Assembly (NCBI GenBank): GCA_034667685.1
Contig: JAXDQU010000001.1
Span: forward strand, 1 to 15,971
Origin: Thermoplasmata archaeon
Lineage (GTDB): Archaea > Thermoplasmatota > SW-10-69-26 > JACQPN01 > JAJPHT01
Direction: 5' to 3'
DNA length: 15,971 nt
The translations under genes and the position numbers were made by a program. Shown in pieces: positions 1 to 8,742 of the stretch (its first letter is position 1; each line of letters opens with the position of its first letter). Below the pieces are notes generated by a model, which searched no databases, was not told the origin of the DNA, and saw only the letters and a program-made list of their open reading frames with translations.

Positions 1-190
1 TGGTGGTGGGTGGCGTGGGTAGACGACGGGCCCTCACCCTCCCCACGCCTCCCCGAGCCTCCCTCCGGCTCCCCCGGCGTCCCCCGTCGATTTTCACGTC
101 CGGTGACGGGTCTTTGGCCGCCAAGGCGAACCGCCATATACCCTTCCTGGCAGAACCCTGGGCTGGCTCCGGGGGCCAGCAGGATTGCGC

Positions 191-3100
191 ATGGGACGAC
201 CGCGAGGTGACGCAGGGAGCACGCACGTGCTCGAAGCCGTCATCATCGCCGCCATCATGGTGAGCAGCGTCGTCTACATCGCGACGCTCTCCACGCCCCC
301 CGCGCCCGCCGTCGTGCGCGCCGACCTCACGCAGCGCGCGCAGGACGCGCTCAACCTCATGGCCGACACGCCCTCGAACGCGTCGAGCTTCGGCGACAGC
401 ATGCTATCAGCCTACATCGCGCAGTGCCTCCAGAAGGTCAACCAGTGCAAGGCGCTCGACCAGGAGCTCAAGAAGGTCCTGCCCGACGGCGCCTCCTACT
501 CGCTCTCGCTCTCGAACGGCTACTCCACCTTCCCGGTGCTGGAGAACAACACGCCGCCGGGCGAGGCCGTCACCGTCTCGCACCTGCTGGAGCCGCAGTG
601 GAGCTACACGTTCGTGGGCTCGGGGCAGACGGTCTACGAGCCCGACCGCGACGCGATGACGGCGTACGCGCTGCCCGTCTTCGATAGCAACGTGCTCGAC
701 CAGGGCGGCAGCCCCCTGCGCGTCCTGCTCCACGGCACGAGCGGCGGCGCCAACGTCACGCTCTCCACGTTCGCCAGCACGCAGGCGCTCACCTCCTCGA
801 GCTCCGCGGCGCCGGCCGTCTCGCTCTACTTCGTGAGCAAGACCGGCGCGCCCATCGGCGAGATCAACGAGTCGGGCGACGCCGTCACCCCGCGCCCCGA
901 CATCTACCCCAGCGGCGCGAACCTGAACTTCACGCTGCGCGTCGAGGAGAGCGCCGGGAGCCCCATGCCCGCGGGCACCGAGCTGCGCCTCGAGATGCCC
1001 CGCGCGTGGAACGCCAGCGCCTCGGGCCCGCTCAACGCCGGCTGGACGATCCTCTCCTACGCGGCCAACGCGCTGGGCGGCTACAACAACACGACGCTGC
1101 TTGCGCGCACGAACGCCACGCTCACCTCGGGCCACCTGGACTTCCGCTTCAACGCGACCTACCAGGGTGACCCCAACCCCGACTACCTCTTCCACGCGAC
1201 GCTCTCCCACGGCGCGCTGGCCGAGTCGAACCTCGTCGTGCGCGGCAACACCAGCACCTCGTCGAGCTACGCGATGCCCGTCTTCGCGGTCTCGACGCCG
1301 CGCCCCATGGGCGGGCCGGGCGTGACCACGACGTGGACGGTGGGCCTGGGCCTTCCCGCGAGCCCCGCGGTGGTCGTGCAGAGCATCGAGATCATCGAGC
1401 AGGACGGCCGCCCCATCTTCGGCGCGAACCCCACGGTGGTCGCGGGCTGGGGCACCGTCGTCTCCGACAACGACCGCCTCGTCTGGACGCCCGGCGACAC
1501 CTCGTCCCCCACCTCGGCGCTCAGCCTCGCGTTCCACGTCACGCCCAGCGGCACCGTGGCGAGCCCCACGACGCTGCGCCCCGCCTTCGAGCCGCCGCTC
1601 AGCGTGGGCGGCTGGACGACGCGCTACGCGCAGCAGATCGCGGGCGGCTTCTGGCGGCAGACCGTCATGCCCCGGAACGCGACGTATGGCGGCTACGACA
1701 CCACCGCCGCGCCCTCGGGCACCAACCACACGCTGGGCTCCGAGGGCTCCTACAAGGGGCTCACGCTGCCTGGCACCACGAACTACACCGTGGGCAACGT
1801 CAACGTCAACACCTCGACGATGGGCTCCTACGTCGGCGTCGAGAAGCGCACCGTGGCGACGGGCGAGACCGCGATCGTGGACATCGACGTGCAGTCGCTC
1901 CTCTTCCAGCTCTCGCAGGCCGGCCTCAACACGAGCGTCTCGCTGCACATCTATCCGCCCTGGAGCGGCGACTCGCGCATCCCCATCGCCAACGCGACGA
2001 GCTTCGACACCGAGCTGCTCCAGAGCGACGTCGTGTCCATGACCGCGACGGACCTCAATGGCGACGGCTACGCCGACCCGATCCTGGGCACGAGCAACGG
2101 CCGCATCCTCGCGCTCCACGCGCTCACGGGCGGCCGCCTCGAAGGCGACGTCTTCTCCGCGCCGGCCCTGGAAGGCGCGCACGGCTCGACCGCGCCCGCC
2201 ATCACGCTGCTGCGCACGATCTCCCTGGGCGGGGCGACCTACGTCGTGGCCGCGACCGACCAGGGCAGCGTCTTCGTCCTCGACGGCACGCTCCACCAGG
2301 TCTGGAGCTGGTTCTACGGCAACGGCGGCGGCTCGAACCTCGTCGCGAACGTCATCTCGATCGACACCTCCGTCGACATCGACGGGACCGACGGCGGCCG
2401 GGCCGACCTTGTCGCGGGCGTCGAGGTGCGCAACCCGTCGACCTCCGCCGTCACCGACTACGTCTACGTGCTGCGCGCAGTGGGCGGCGACCCCTCGCTG
2501 GAGACGTGGCCCGCGGGCGACGTGCCCTTCTACAACCCCACGGGCCAGCCCGACGCGGTGCTCAGCCTCCCCGAGATCGGGCCCGCCGGCGGGCCGGGCA
2601 TCGCCACGACCTACCAGTACACGCCCGGCACCTCGCAGCCCGCGCTCCCCTCGTTCAACACCGTCCCGCCCACCGGCGCCGGCGGCCTGACCACCCTCCC
2701 CCGCGCAGGGCTGCGCGGCGTGACGGCGGACGGGCGCGAGACGTGGCTCATCGGCGGCGCGCCCGTGACGCTCGCCCGCGCCTACGACTGGGAGGGCGAC
2801 AAGTTCCCCGACGTCGTCGCGGGCGAGCCGGCGGGCTACGTCGTCATGGCGAACGGCTCGCTCCCCGCCGCGCCCCTGGGCGGCCTCCTGCTATCAGGCC
2901 CCACGGAGCTGATCGCGGCGAGCACGCACGACCGGCTCCACGCCGCCGCCCTCTCGCGCGACGGCACCGCGATCTTCACGACCGACGGCTGGACCGGCCC
3001 CACGATCGGCATCGGCTGCGTCGCGGGCAACTGCCAGCTCACGCCGGGCCTCACCGGCATCGCGGCCAACGCGTCGAGCAGCTTCTGGATCAGCGGCCCC

Positions 3101-5254
3101 GCGAGCACGCTCCTCCACAGCAACCCGGCGTACAGCGCCAACGACCTCGCGCAGGGGCTCGGCGTCACCGTCGTCACGCCCAACGTCACGAAGGACGGCG
3201 CCGCGTACTCGCTCCTTCCCGTCGTGGGCACCGTGTACAACTTCAACGACGTCTGGTTCCGCTACGACGCCGAGAAGGACACGGGCTTCGCCATCGGCAC
3301 GCCCGCCACCTGCCCCGCGCTCGTGCTCGACTGCGGCAGCGAGGCCCTCGTGCTGAAGACGACCAACGGGGGCCAGACGTGGTGGGCGGCCTCGCACACG
3401 AACGCGTCGCTCGCCTCGAAGACGGGCGGCACCGTGACCGCGCCGCTGGCCCACCTCAACTTCACGGACGACAGCCTCGGCTGGATCACGGGCGCGGGCG
3501 GCACCCTCCTGCGCACGCGCGACGGCGGCGCCACGTGGAAGGGCCTCGACGTCAACGGGACCACGACGAACCTGACGCGCATCGCGTGCGTGCCGGAGAA
3601 CCGCGACGTGTGCGTCGTCGTGGGCGAGGCGGGCTCCGCGTGGATGTCCACCAACGCGACCGCGAACGTCCCCGGCTGGACGTCGATGCCGCAGGTGACG
3701 AGCCTCGTGACGAGCCTCAAGACGATCACGTCGGTGGGCTGGGTCAACGCCAGCGTCGGCTTCCTCGGCGCGTCGAACCTCGTCCTCCAGACGTGGGACG
3801 GCGGCGTCCACTGGAGCGCGCTCCCGCTCTCCTACATCCCGGGCACCGCGGACGTCGTCAACGCGCTCCCCGACGGCACCGGCTTCATCTACGGGGGCAA
3901 CGCGGGCCAGGCGCGCATCTTCCAGTTCGCGCACTACAACATGACCAGCCGCGCGCAGACGCGCAGCCTCTCCGCGGCGGCCGGCATCCCCGCGGGCGCG
4001 CAGATCACGCACGTCGCGGTGCAGCCCTCCGAGGTCTACTCGCCGCCGGCCACCAACGGCGCGATGATCGAGGTCTACTACAACGTCTCCGCCAACGGCG
4101 GCGCCAACTGGACGCCCGTGCAGGTCGACGGCGGCTTCTCCTCGCCGACCGCCTCCTCCCACATGGAATGGGGCTCCGCGGTGCCCGACTCGATCAACGG
4201 CTACGAGGCGACGCCCAGCGTGAAGCAGGACGACCTGCGCGTCCGCATGGACTTCGCCACCTCGGGCGACCTCACCGCGCAGAGCGCCGTCGTCCGCGGC
4301 ATCGACCTCGTCGTGAGCTACGACGTGGGCGGCGTCGCGCAGACGCCCGTCACGTACCACGTCGACCTCAACCAGACCACCGACAAGGACTGGGCCAACA
4401 CCGACGCGACGTGGCTCCCCGGCATGGGCGGCGTCTCGCAGCGCCTCGCCAACTCGACCTACTGGGTGGCCAACGTCAGCGGCTCCGTCCAGGACGTCAT
4501 CGTGGGGGAGAACGTTCCCGGCAGCAGCGACGCGCGCCCCGAGGTCTACGCGGCTACCGGCGACGTCGTCGCCGCCAACAGCCCCGATAGCATTCCGTAC
4601 GCCGCCAACGACGAGGGCCTCAAGACCGGCGTCGACGACTCGGTCTACGTCCTCGACGGCAAGACCGGCGCGATCCTCGCCAAGCGGGGCCCCTTCGACG
4701 GCGCGGTCACGCACCTCGCGCTCTCCGACGTCGACGGCGACGGAACCCCCGAGGTCCTCTACGCCACGATCGACGGACCCACGGGCGGCGAGCTGGCCGG
4801 CCTCAACCCGACGACGCTCGCCCAGCAGTGGAAGGTCAGCCTCGGCGCGGGCTCCCCCTCGGCGCTCGTGGCGGGCAAGGTGCGCGGACCCACCGCCGCC
4901 GCGTTCGCCAGCACGCGCACCACCAGCGGCCCCACCGCGAAGCCGGGCAGCGTGGGCGCGTACGTCGCCGCCGACGGCAGCACCGCGTGGAACAGCGTGC
5001 CCGACGTCCAGGGGCACTACACGGTCTCCGTGCCCGTGCCGAAGGACTGGCTCTTCGGACCCTACGTGGTCGAGGCCGACGTCGACTGGCGCACCACCGG
5101 CTACGGCATCGACCTCCAGAGCCAGAGCCCCGTGCCGCTCGTGCAGACCGAGCGCTTCTACGACTACTTCCTGGTCACGCCGCCGGGCGCGCTGGCCCCG
5201 CCCTCGCCCGTCTACAACGTGCAGCTGACGGTGTGGTACAACGACTGGAGGTGA
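191..5254 (+). CDS. Giant pilin-like surface adhesin (1687 aa): class III signal peptide, Ig-like regions, FG-GAP-like and BNR/Ycf48-like beta-propeller repeats
   Basis: ATG at 191 within ORF 185..5254, strong GC3 bias. N-terminus MGRPRGDAG|STHVLEAVIIAAIMVSSVVYIA resembles archaeal prepilin leaders (haloarchaeal RG|QAHTLE type). FG-GAP-like loops DLNGDGYADPILG (2051), DIDGTDGGRADLVAG (2375), DWEGDKFPDVVAG (2786), DVDGDGTPEVLYA (4727). Asp-boxes KTTNGGQTW (3356), RTRDGGATW (3512), QTWDGGVHW (3788), VSANGGANW (4085). Many N-x-S/T sequons. Confidence 0.85.
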   Translation: MGRPRGDAGSTHVLEAVIIAAIMVSSVVYIATLSTPPAPAVVRADLTQRAQDALNLMADTPSNASSFGDSMLSAYIAQCLQKVNQCKALDQELKKVLPDGASYSLSLSNGYSTFPVLENNTPPGEAVTVSHLLEPQWSYTFVGSGQTVYEPDRDAMTAYALPVFDSNVLDQGGSPLRVLLHGTSGGANVTLSTFASTQALTSSSSAAPAVSLYFVSKTGAPIGEINESGDAVTPRPDIYPSGANLNFTLRVEESAGSPMPAGTELRLEMPRAWNASASGPLNAGWTILSYAANALGGYNNTTLLARTNATLTSGHLDFRFNATYQGDPNPDYLFHATLSHGALAESNLVVRGNTSTSSSYAMPVFAVSTPRPMGGPGVTTTWTVGLGLPASPAVVVQSIEIIEQDGRPIFGANPTVVAGWGTVVSDNDRLVWTPGDTSSPTSALSLAFHVTPSGTVASPTTLRPAFEPPLSVGGWTTRYAQQIAGGFWRQTVMPRNATYGGYDTTAAPSGTNHTLGSEGSYKGLTLPGTTNYTVGNVNVNTSTMGSYVGVEKRTVATGETAIVDIDVQSLLFQLSQAGLNTSVSLHIYPPWSGDSRIPIANATSFDTELLQSDVVSMTATDLNGDGYADPILGTSNGRILALHALTGGRLEGDVFSAPALEGAHGSTAPAITLLRTISLGGATYVVAATDQGSVFVLDGTLHQVWSWFYGNGGGSNLVANVISIDTSVDIDGTDGGRADLVAGVEVRNPSTSAVTDYVYVLRAVGGDPSLETWPAGDVPFYNPTGQPDAVLSLPEIGPAGGPGIATTYQYTPGTSQPALPSFNTVPPTGAGGLTTLPRAGLRGVTADGRETWLIGGAPVTLARAYDWEGDKFPDVVAGEPAGYVVMANGSLPAAPLGGLLLSGPTELIAASTHDRLHAAALSRDGTAIFTTDGWTGPTIGIGCVAGNCQLTPGLTGIAANASSSFWISGPASTLLHSNPAYSANDLAQGLGVTVVTPNVTKDGAAYSLLPVVGTVYNFNDVWFRYDAEKDTGFAIGTPATCPALVLDCGSEALVLKTTNGGQTWWAASHTNASLASKTGGTVTAPLAHLNFTDDSLGWITGAGGTLLRTRDGGATWKGLDVNGTTTNLTRIACVPENRDVCVVVGEAGSAWMSTNATANVPGWTSMPQVTSLVTSLKTITSVGWVNASVGFLGASNLVLQTWDGGVHWSALPLSYIPGTADVVNALPDGTGFIYGGNAGQARIFQFAHYNMTSRAQTRSLSAAAGIPAGAQITHVAVQPSEVYSPPATNGAMIEVYYNVSANGGANWTPVQVDGGFSSPTASSHMEWGSAVPDSINGYEATPSVKQDDLRVRMDFATSGDLTAQSAVVRGIDLVVSYDVGGVAQTPVTYHVDLNQTTDKDWANTDATWLPGMGGVSQRLANSTYWVANVSGSVQDVIVGENVPGSSDARPEVYAATGDVVAANSPDSIPYAANDEGLKTGVDDSVYVLDGKTGAILAKRGPFDGAVTHLALSDVDGDGTPEVLYATIDGPTGGELAGLNPTTLAQQWKVSLGAGSPSALVAGKVRGPTAAAFASTRTTSGPTAKPGSVGAYVAADGSTAWNSVPDVQGHYTVSVPVPKDWLFGPYVVEADVDWRTTGYGIDLQSQSPVPLVQTERFYDYFLVTPPGALAPPSPVYNVQLTVWYNDWR

Positions 5255-6402
5255 AGAAGATCCGCGACGACGCCGCCACCGTGCAAGCCCTCGAGGCCGT
5301 GATGGTCGCGCTCCTGATCCTGGGCGCCGCCTACAGCGTCGTCACGCTCCGCTCGACGAGCACGACCACCGACAAGCCGCGCGCGAACCTCGACAAGGTC
5401 GTCGCCGACTCGCTCACCGTCCTCAACGGGCTCGCCGACGCCAACGGCACGCTCCTGGAGGAGTCGCTCGTCGAGCAGCTCCACTGCGCGCGCGACGGCG
5501 CCCCGTCCACCACGAGCTGCGCGAGCGGCCGCGGCGCCAACCTCTCCGAGCGCCTCGACTTCTACCTCCCGCGCGGCAGCGGCTACGCCGTCTCGCTGGA
5601 CAACGGCGTCCGCGCGCAGCAGGTCTACGCCACCGGCGCGCCCCTGGGCGAGGCCGTCTCGTCGAGCTTCGCCTTCATCCCGGCCTGGAACCTCACCTTC
5701 GTCGTGACCGAGCTCTCCTGCTATGATAGCAGCCAGGACGTCAACGCGACGATGGCCACCATCGCCCACGCGCGCCTCGTCAACAGCACGCGCGCCAACG
5801 CCAGCGCCGGGGGCGTGAACGCCACGGTCACGAGCACCGGCACGGGCCGCTGGAACGCCACGCTCCCCGCCGCGACGCGCCCCGCCTCCGGAACGCTCGT
5901 GGCCAACGCCACCGCGAAGAACGCCGGCGCGTTCCCCGGCCTGACCTTCTACGACACGTGCTCGCTGGGCCCCTCGGGCAACGCGACCGTGACGGCGCTG
6001 CGCCAGGACAGCCTGACGCTCCCCGCGAGCGTCCCCCTCCGCGGCACCGCCACGCTCGGCGCCAACCTCACCCACCTCGCCAACGTCACCGGCGCCAACC
6101 TCCAATCCGCCAACCTCACCATCTACGAGCCGCTCCCCGATCGGCCCGGCGAGGCCGACACGTGGATCCCCGTCACCGTGCTGAACCTCACCGGCACGAC
6201 CCCCACCGTCACCTGGAGCCCGCCGGAGACGTCGCTCTTCGGCACGCACCCCGTCGTCCTGCGCGCGGTTCTCAAGCACGGCGGCACGACCTACGAGGCG
6301 CGCATCGTGGGCTATCTCCCCGTCGCGCTCCCCAACGGCGTCGTGCCCATCGACCCGCCCTACCGCGCCGTGCTCCAGGCGTGGCTGCCCGATTGGCATT
6401 GA
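5251..6402 (+). CDS. Pilin-like surface glycoprotein (383 aa), paralog of the upstream giant protein
   Basis: GTG at 5251 overlaps the upstream TGA (GTGA coupling), in frame with ORF 4828..6402. N-terminus MKKIRDDAA|TVQALEAVMVALLILGAAYSVV. Shares LPxGxxYxxSLxNG, GEAV, PxWxxTFV, LFG and C-terminal PxYxxxLxxWxxDW motifs with 191..5254. 14 N-x-S/T sequons counted. Confidence 0.85.
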   Translation: MKKIRDDAATVQALEAVMVALLILGAAYSVVTLRSTSTTTDKPRANLDKVVADSLTVLNGLADANGTLLEESLVEQLHCARDGAPSTTSCASGRGANLSERLDFYLPRGSGYAVSLDNGVRAQQVYATGAPLGEAVSSSFAFIPAWNLTFVVTELSCYDSSQDVNATMATIAHARLVNSTRANASAGGVNATVTSTGTGRWNATLPAATRPASGTLVANATAKNAGAFPGLTFYDTCSLGPSGNATVTALRQDSLTLPASVPLRGTATLGANLTHLANVTGANLQSANLTIYEPLPDRPGEADTWIPVTVLNLTGTTPTVTWSPPETSLFGTHPVVLRAVLKHGGTTYEARIVGYLPVALPNGVVPIDPPYRAVLQAWLPDWH

Positions 6403-6405
6403 GAG

Positions 6406-6489
6406 CGTTCACGTTCACGTTCACGTTCACGTTCTCGTTCACGGCGTACGTTCCACGTTCACGTTGTCGTTGCACGTGGAACGCGAACG
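6406..6489. repeat. (CGTTCA)n hexamer tandem repeat ending in a 10-bp inverted repeat
   Basis: CGTTCA x4 (6406-6429), CGTTCT, CGTTCA, then degenerate copies. CGTTCCACGT (6449-6458) is the reverse complement of ACGTGGAACG (6474-6483). Confidence 0.85.
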
Positions 6490-6530
6490 GGTCTCCGGTC
6501 CCTTTTGCCCCTCCCTGGGCCCGCCGCTTC

Positions 6531-6589
6531 CCGCCATATCAACGGGCCTGACGCAACGTGATATACCTCCGGCGACAGAGCCCTTGGGC
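6531..6589 (+). promoter_or_regulatory. Putative promoter motif shared with the region upstream of the giant pilin (131-163)
   Basis: CCGCCATAT at 6531 and 131 (59 and 60 nt before the ATGs). ATATACC-N8-CAGARCCCT at 6561 and 136. ATATA at 6561 is 29 nt upstream of ATG 6590, a TATA-like position. Confidence 0.45.
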
Positions 6590-8530
6590 ATGCTTGGAGG
6601 TCCGCGCCACGTGGCGCGCGACGAGGGCTCGACGTCGACGATCGGCCTGGCCATCGCCGCCGTCGTCTTCGCCGGCGCTTTCATGACGGCCGAGATCATG
6701 GTCGGCCACCCCACGTCGGTGGACGGCAAGCGCGAGCAGTTCGACGCGGAGGCCGCGACGGCGCTCGACGTGCTCGTGGGCACGGCAGGCCAGACCACCG
6801 GCGGGGGCGCGTGGAGCGCGGACCCCGACCACCTGGCGCGCTTCGGCCTCGCGCTCAACGGCACGCCCAACTTCCTCGACTACGTGAAGATCCACGAGCT
6901 GCGCAACGGCACGATGACCGCCTCCGCCAACGGCTATCCCGACTACCCCGAGGTGCTCAAGGCGCTGGGCATCACCACGGGCGACGTGCACATCCGCTCG
7001 TACCCCGTGCTGCCCAGCATGGACGATCCGCGCTGGACGCGCGACCCCAACGGGCGCCTGGCGTACATCGGCCAGTACCAGGGCGCCATCGTGCCGGTGA
7101 CGGTCTCGATCGCGTACGCGAAGACGACCGGCGCCATGAACGTCAGCGTCAACATCACGAACTCGGGCAACGTGCCGGCGATCTTCGTGCTCGACATCAT
7201 CGCGAAGCACGGCGGCAACCTCGTGCACAGCTCCGGCCAGGAGATGAACACGCTCCTGCTCCAGCCCAACCAGACGATGGTGGTGTGGGGCAACTTCACG
7301 GCCATCAGCTCGTGGCACGCGGACGTGCAGCAGGTGGAAGTGGACCTCACGGACCCCTTCGGCAATCCCGCGGTGGACGTGAGCGGCAACCCGGTGACGC
7401 CCTACGTCATCAACCAGATTCCTCCCGCGGGCGGCGCTTCGAGCTACGAGGTGTACGTCTCGGCCGCGAACAAGTACTACGTGCAGGGACAGAGCGTGAC
7501 GTTCGCCGCGTATGCGCTCGACGGCAAGGGCGGCCGGCCCAACGGCGCGACGGGCCGGTTCGTGCTCGTGGGCCCCGACGGGAGGGAATGGGAGAACTAC
7601 ACGGTCGCGTTCAACACGACGAGCGACTACATGGCGGTCTGCCCCAACTGCACGCAGCTGGGCGTCTACACGGCCTACGTGTGGGACACCGGCATGACGG
7701 CTCACAAGCAGGACCAGGTCACGGTGGCCGCAACGCAGCTCTTCACGCAGAAGGACGTCCAGTCCGCGAACGCGACCAGCGAGATCGCGGCGCTCTCGTC
7801 GCTCGTCCAGAACTTCAACACGCAGCGCTACAACGCGTCGTCCTACACGCAGGGCGACGTCTTCGGCGACGACTTCAACGGCGCGGCCGACCTGATCCCG
7901 CTCCTGTCGCGCTACACGACGATCGTGGTGGGCACCGAGGTCTCGCAGAACTCGCTCAACACGCCCGGCTTCCGCAACGCGATCGCGACGTGGGTCCAGG
8001 CGGGCGGGAACCTCGTCGTGCTGGGCACCAACACGCAGCAGTCGTCGTGGCTCTCGAACATCTACGCGGCGGCGCAGGCCAACGCGAACGGCGGCATCTC
8101 GGCGCCCGACGTGACGCACCCGATCCTCGTGACGCCCAACCACCTTGCATACCAGACCTACCAGGACCGCGGGCGCGCGTGGTCGATCGACACGACGGAG
8201 CCGTTCACGCACGTGCTCACGCGCGGCGCGGCCGGCGCGGCGACGGATGACACGCTGGCCGTGGCGAACCCCGGCGCGTTCGGCAACGGCTCGGTCGTGC
8301 TCACGAGCTACATGCCCGCGCAGCTCACGAGCCCGCAGGACACGCGCGAAGAGGCGCGCTTCCTCCAGAACCTCCTGGCGCAGCGCTTCAACATGCTCTT
8401 CCTCGACTACGGACCGCCCATCCCGCCGGGCGTCAGCGTCGGCAGCGACGCGCGCCTCGTGGCCGTGCCGCACCCCAACGTGCCGGGCGCGGTGGTCGAG
8501 GTGAAGCTGGTGCTCTATCGGTTCGGGTAA
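6590..8530 (+). CDS. Pilin-like surface protein (~646 aa) with Ig-like regions and a class I glutamine amidotransferase-like (GATase/ThuA-like) domain
   Basis: ATG 6590 (alternative GTG 6611 with GGAGGT at 6596-6601). Leader ARDEG|STSTIGLAIAAVVFAGAF. LSRYTTIVVG...NAIATWVQAGGNLVVLG resembles GATase1-like folds, with no Cys at the expected nucleophile elbow. C-terminal YGPPIP...ARLVAV...VEVKLVLYRFG resembles the end of haloarchaeal pilin-like proteins. Confidence 0.8.
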   Translation: MLGGPRHVARDEGSTSTIGLAIAAVVFAGAFMTAEIMVGHPTSVDGKREQFDAEAATALDVLVGTAGQTTGGGAWSADPDHLARFGLALNGTPNFLDYVKIHELRNGTMTASANGYPDYPEVLKALGITTGDVHIRSYPVLPSMDDPRWTRDPNGRLAYIGQYQGAIVPVTVSIAYAKTTGAMNVSVNITNSGNVPAIFVLDIIAKHGGNLVHSSGQEMNTLLLQPNQTMVVWGNFTAISSWHADVQQVEVDLTDPFGNPAVDVSGNPVTPYVINQIPPAGGASSYEVYVSAANKYYVQGQSVTFAAYALDGKGGRPNGATGRFVLVGPDGREWENYTVAFNTTSDYMAVCPNCTQLGVYTAYVWDTGMTAHKQDQVTVAATQLFTQKDVQSANATSEIAALSSLVQNFNTQRYNASSYTQGDVFGDDFNGAADLIPLLSRYTTIVVGTEVSQNSLNTPGFRNAIATWVQAGGNLVVLGTNTQQSSWLSNIYAAAQANANGGISAPDVTHPILVTPNHLAYQTYQDRGRAWSIDTTEPFTHVLTRGAAGAATDDTLAVANPGAFGNGSVVLTSYMPAQLTSPQDTREEARFLQNLLAQRFNMLFLDYGPPIPPGVSVGSDARLVAVPHPNVPGAVVEVKLVLYRFG

Positions 8531-8742
8531 CGCGCGCAGAGAATCCTTACTTTCAGCGGACCCCGGCGCAGACGCATCCGTCGGAGCGCGTTTCGCTGTC
8601 TGCATGCCCGATCGTCATGTGCGAGGCAGTCCGAGCATGGGAAAAGACGGCGTCCGAAGCACCTCGGAGGTCCGTGCCGGCCTCGCCGGACGGCGGGAAG
8701 AGGCGACAGCGCTGAACCATTAAGTAGCGGGAGGCTGAGTGG

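Noticed and set aside
1-130. Short ORFs 3..263 and 10..210, and hairpin GGCGTGGG/CCCACGCC (12-19/42-49)
   Set aside because: The ORFs lack coding character; the hairpin may follow an upstream gene end but cannot be judged at the window edge.
4828-5250. N-terminal extension of ORF 4828..6402
   Set aside because: Overlaps the giant gene out of frame; the prepilin-like leader begins at GTG 5251.
6406-6489. Possible CRISPR array
   Set aside because: The unit is only 6 bp, there are no unique spacers and no cas genes are present.
407-8605. Long antisense and alternate-frame ORFs (407..2296, 1333..4590, 2894..5017, 5212..6399, 6539..8605, 6811..8250)
   Set aside because: Shadow ORFs caused by extreme GC3 bias in the real genes; Arg/Gly/Ala-rich with no recognisable motifs.
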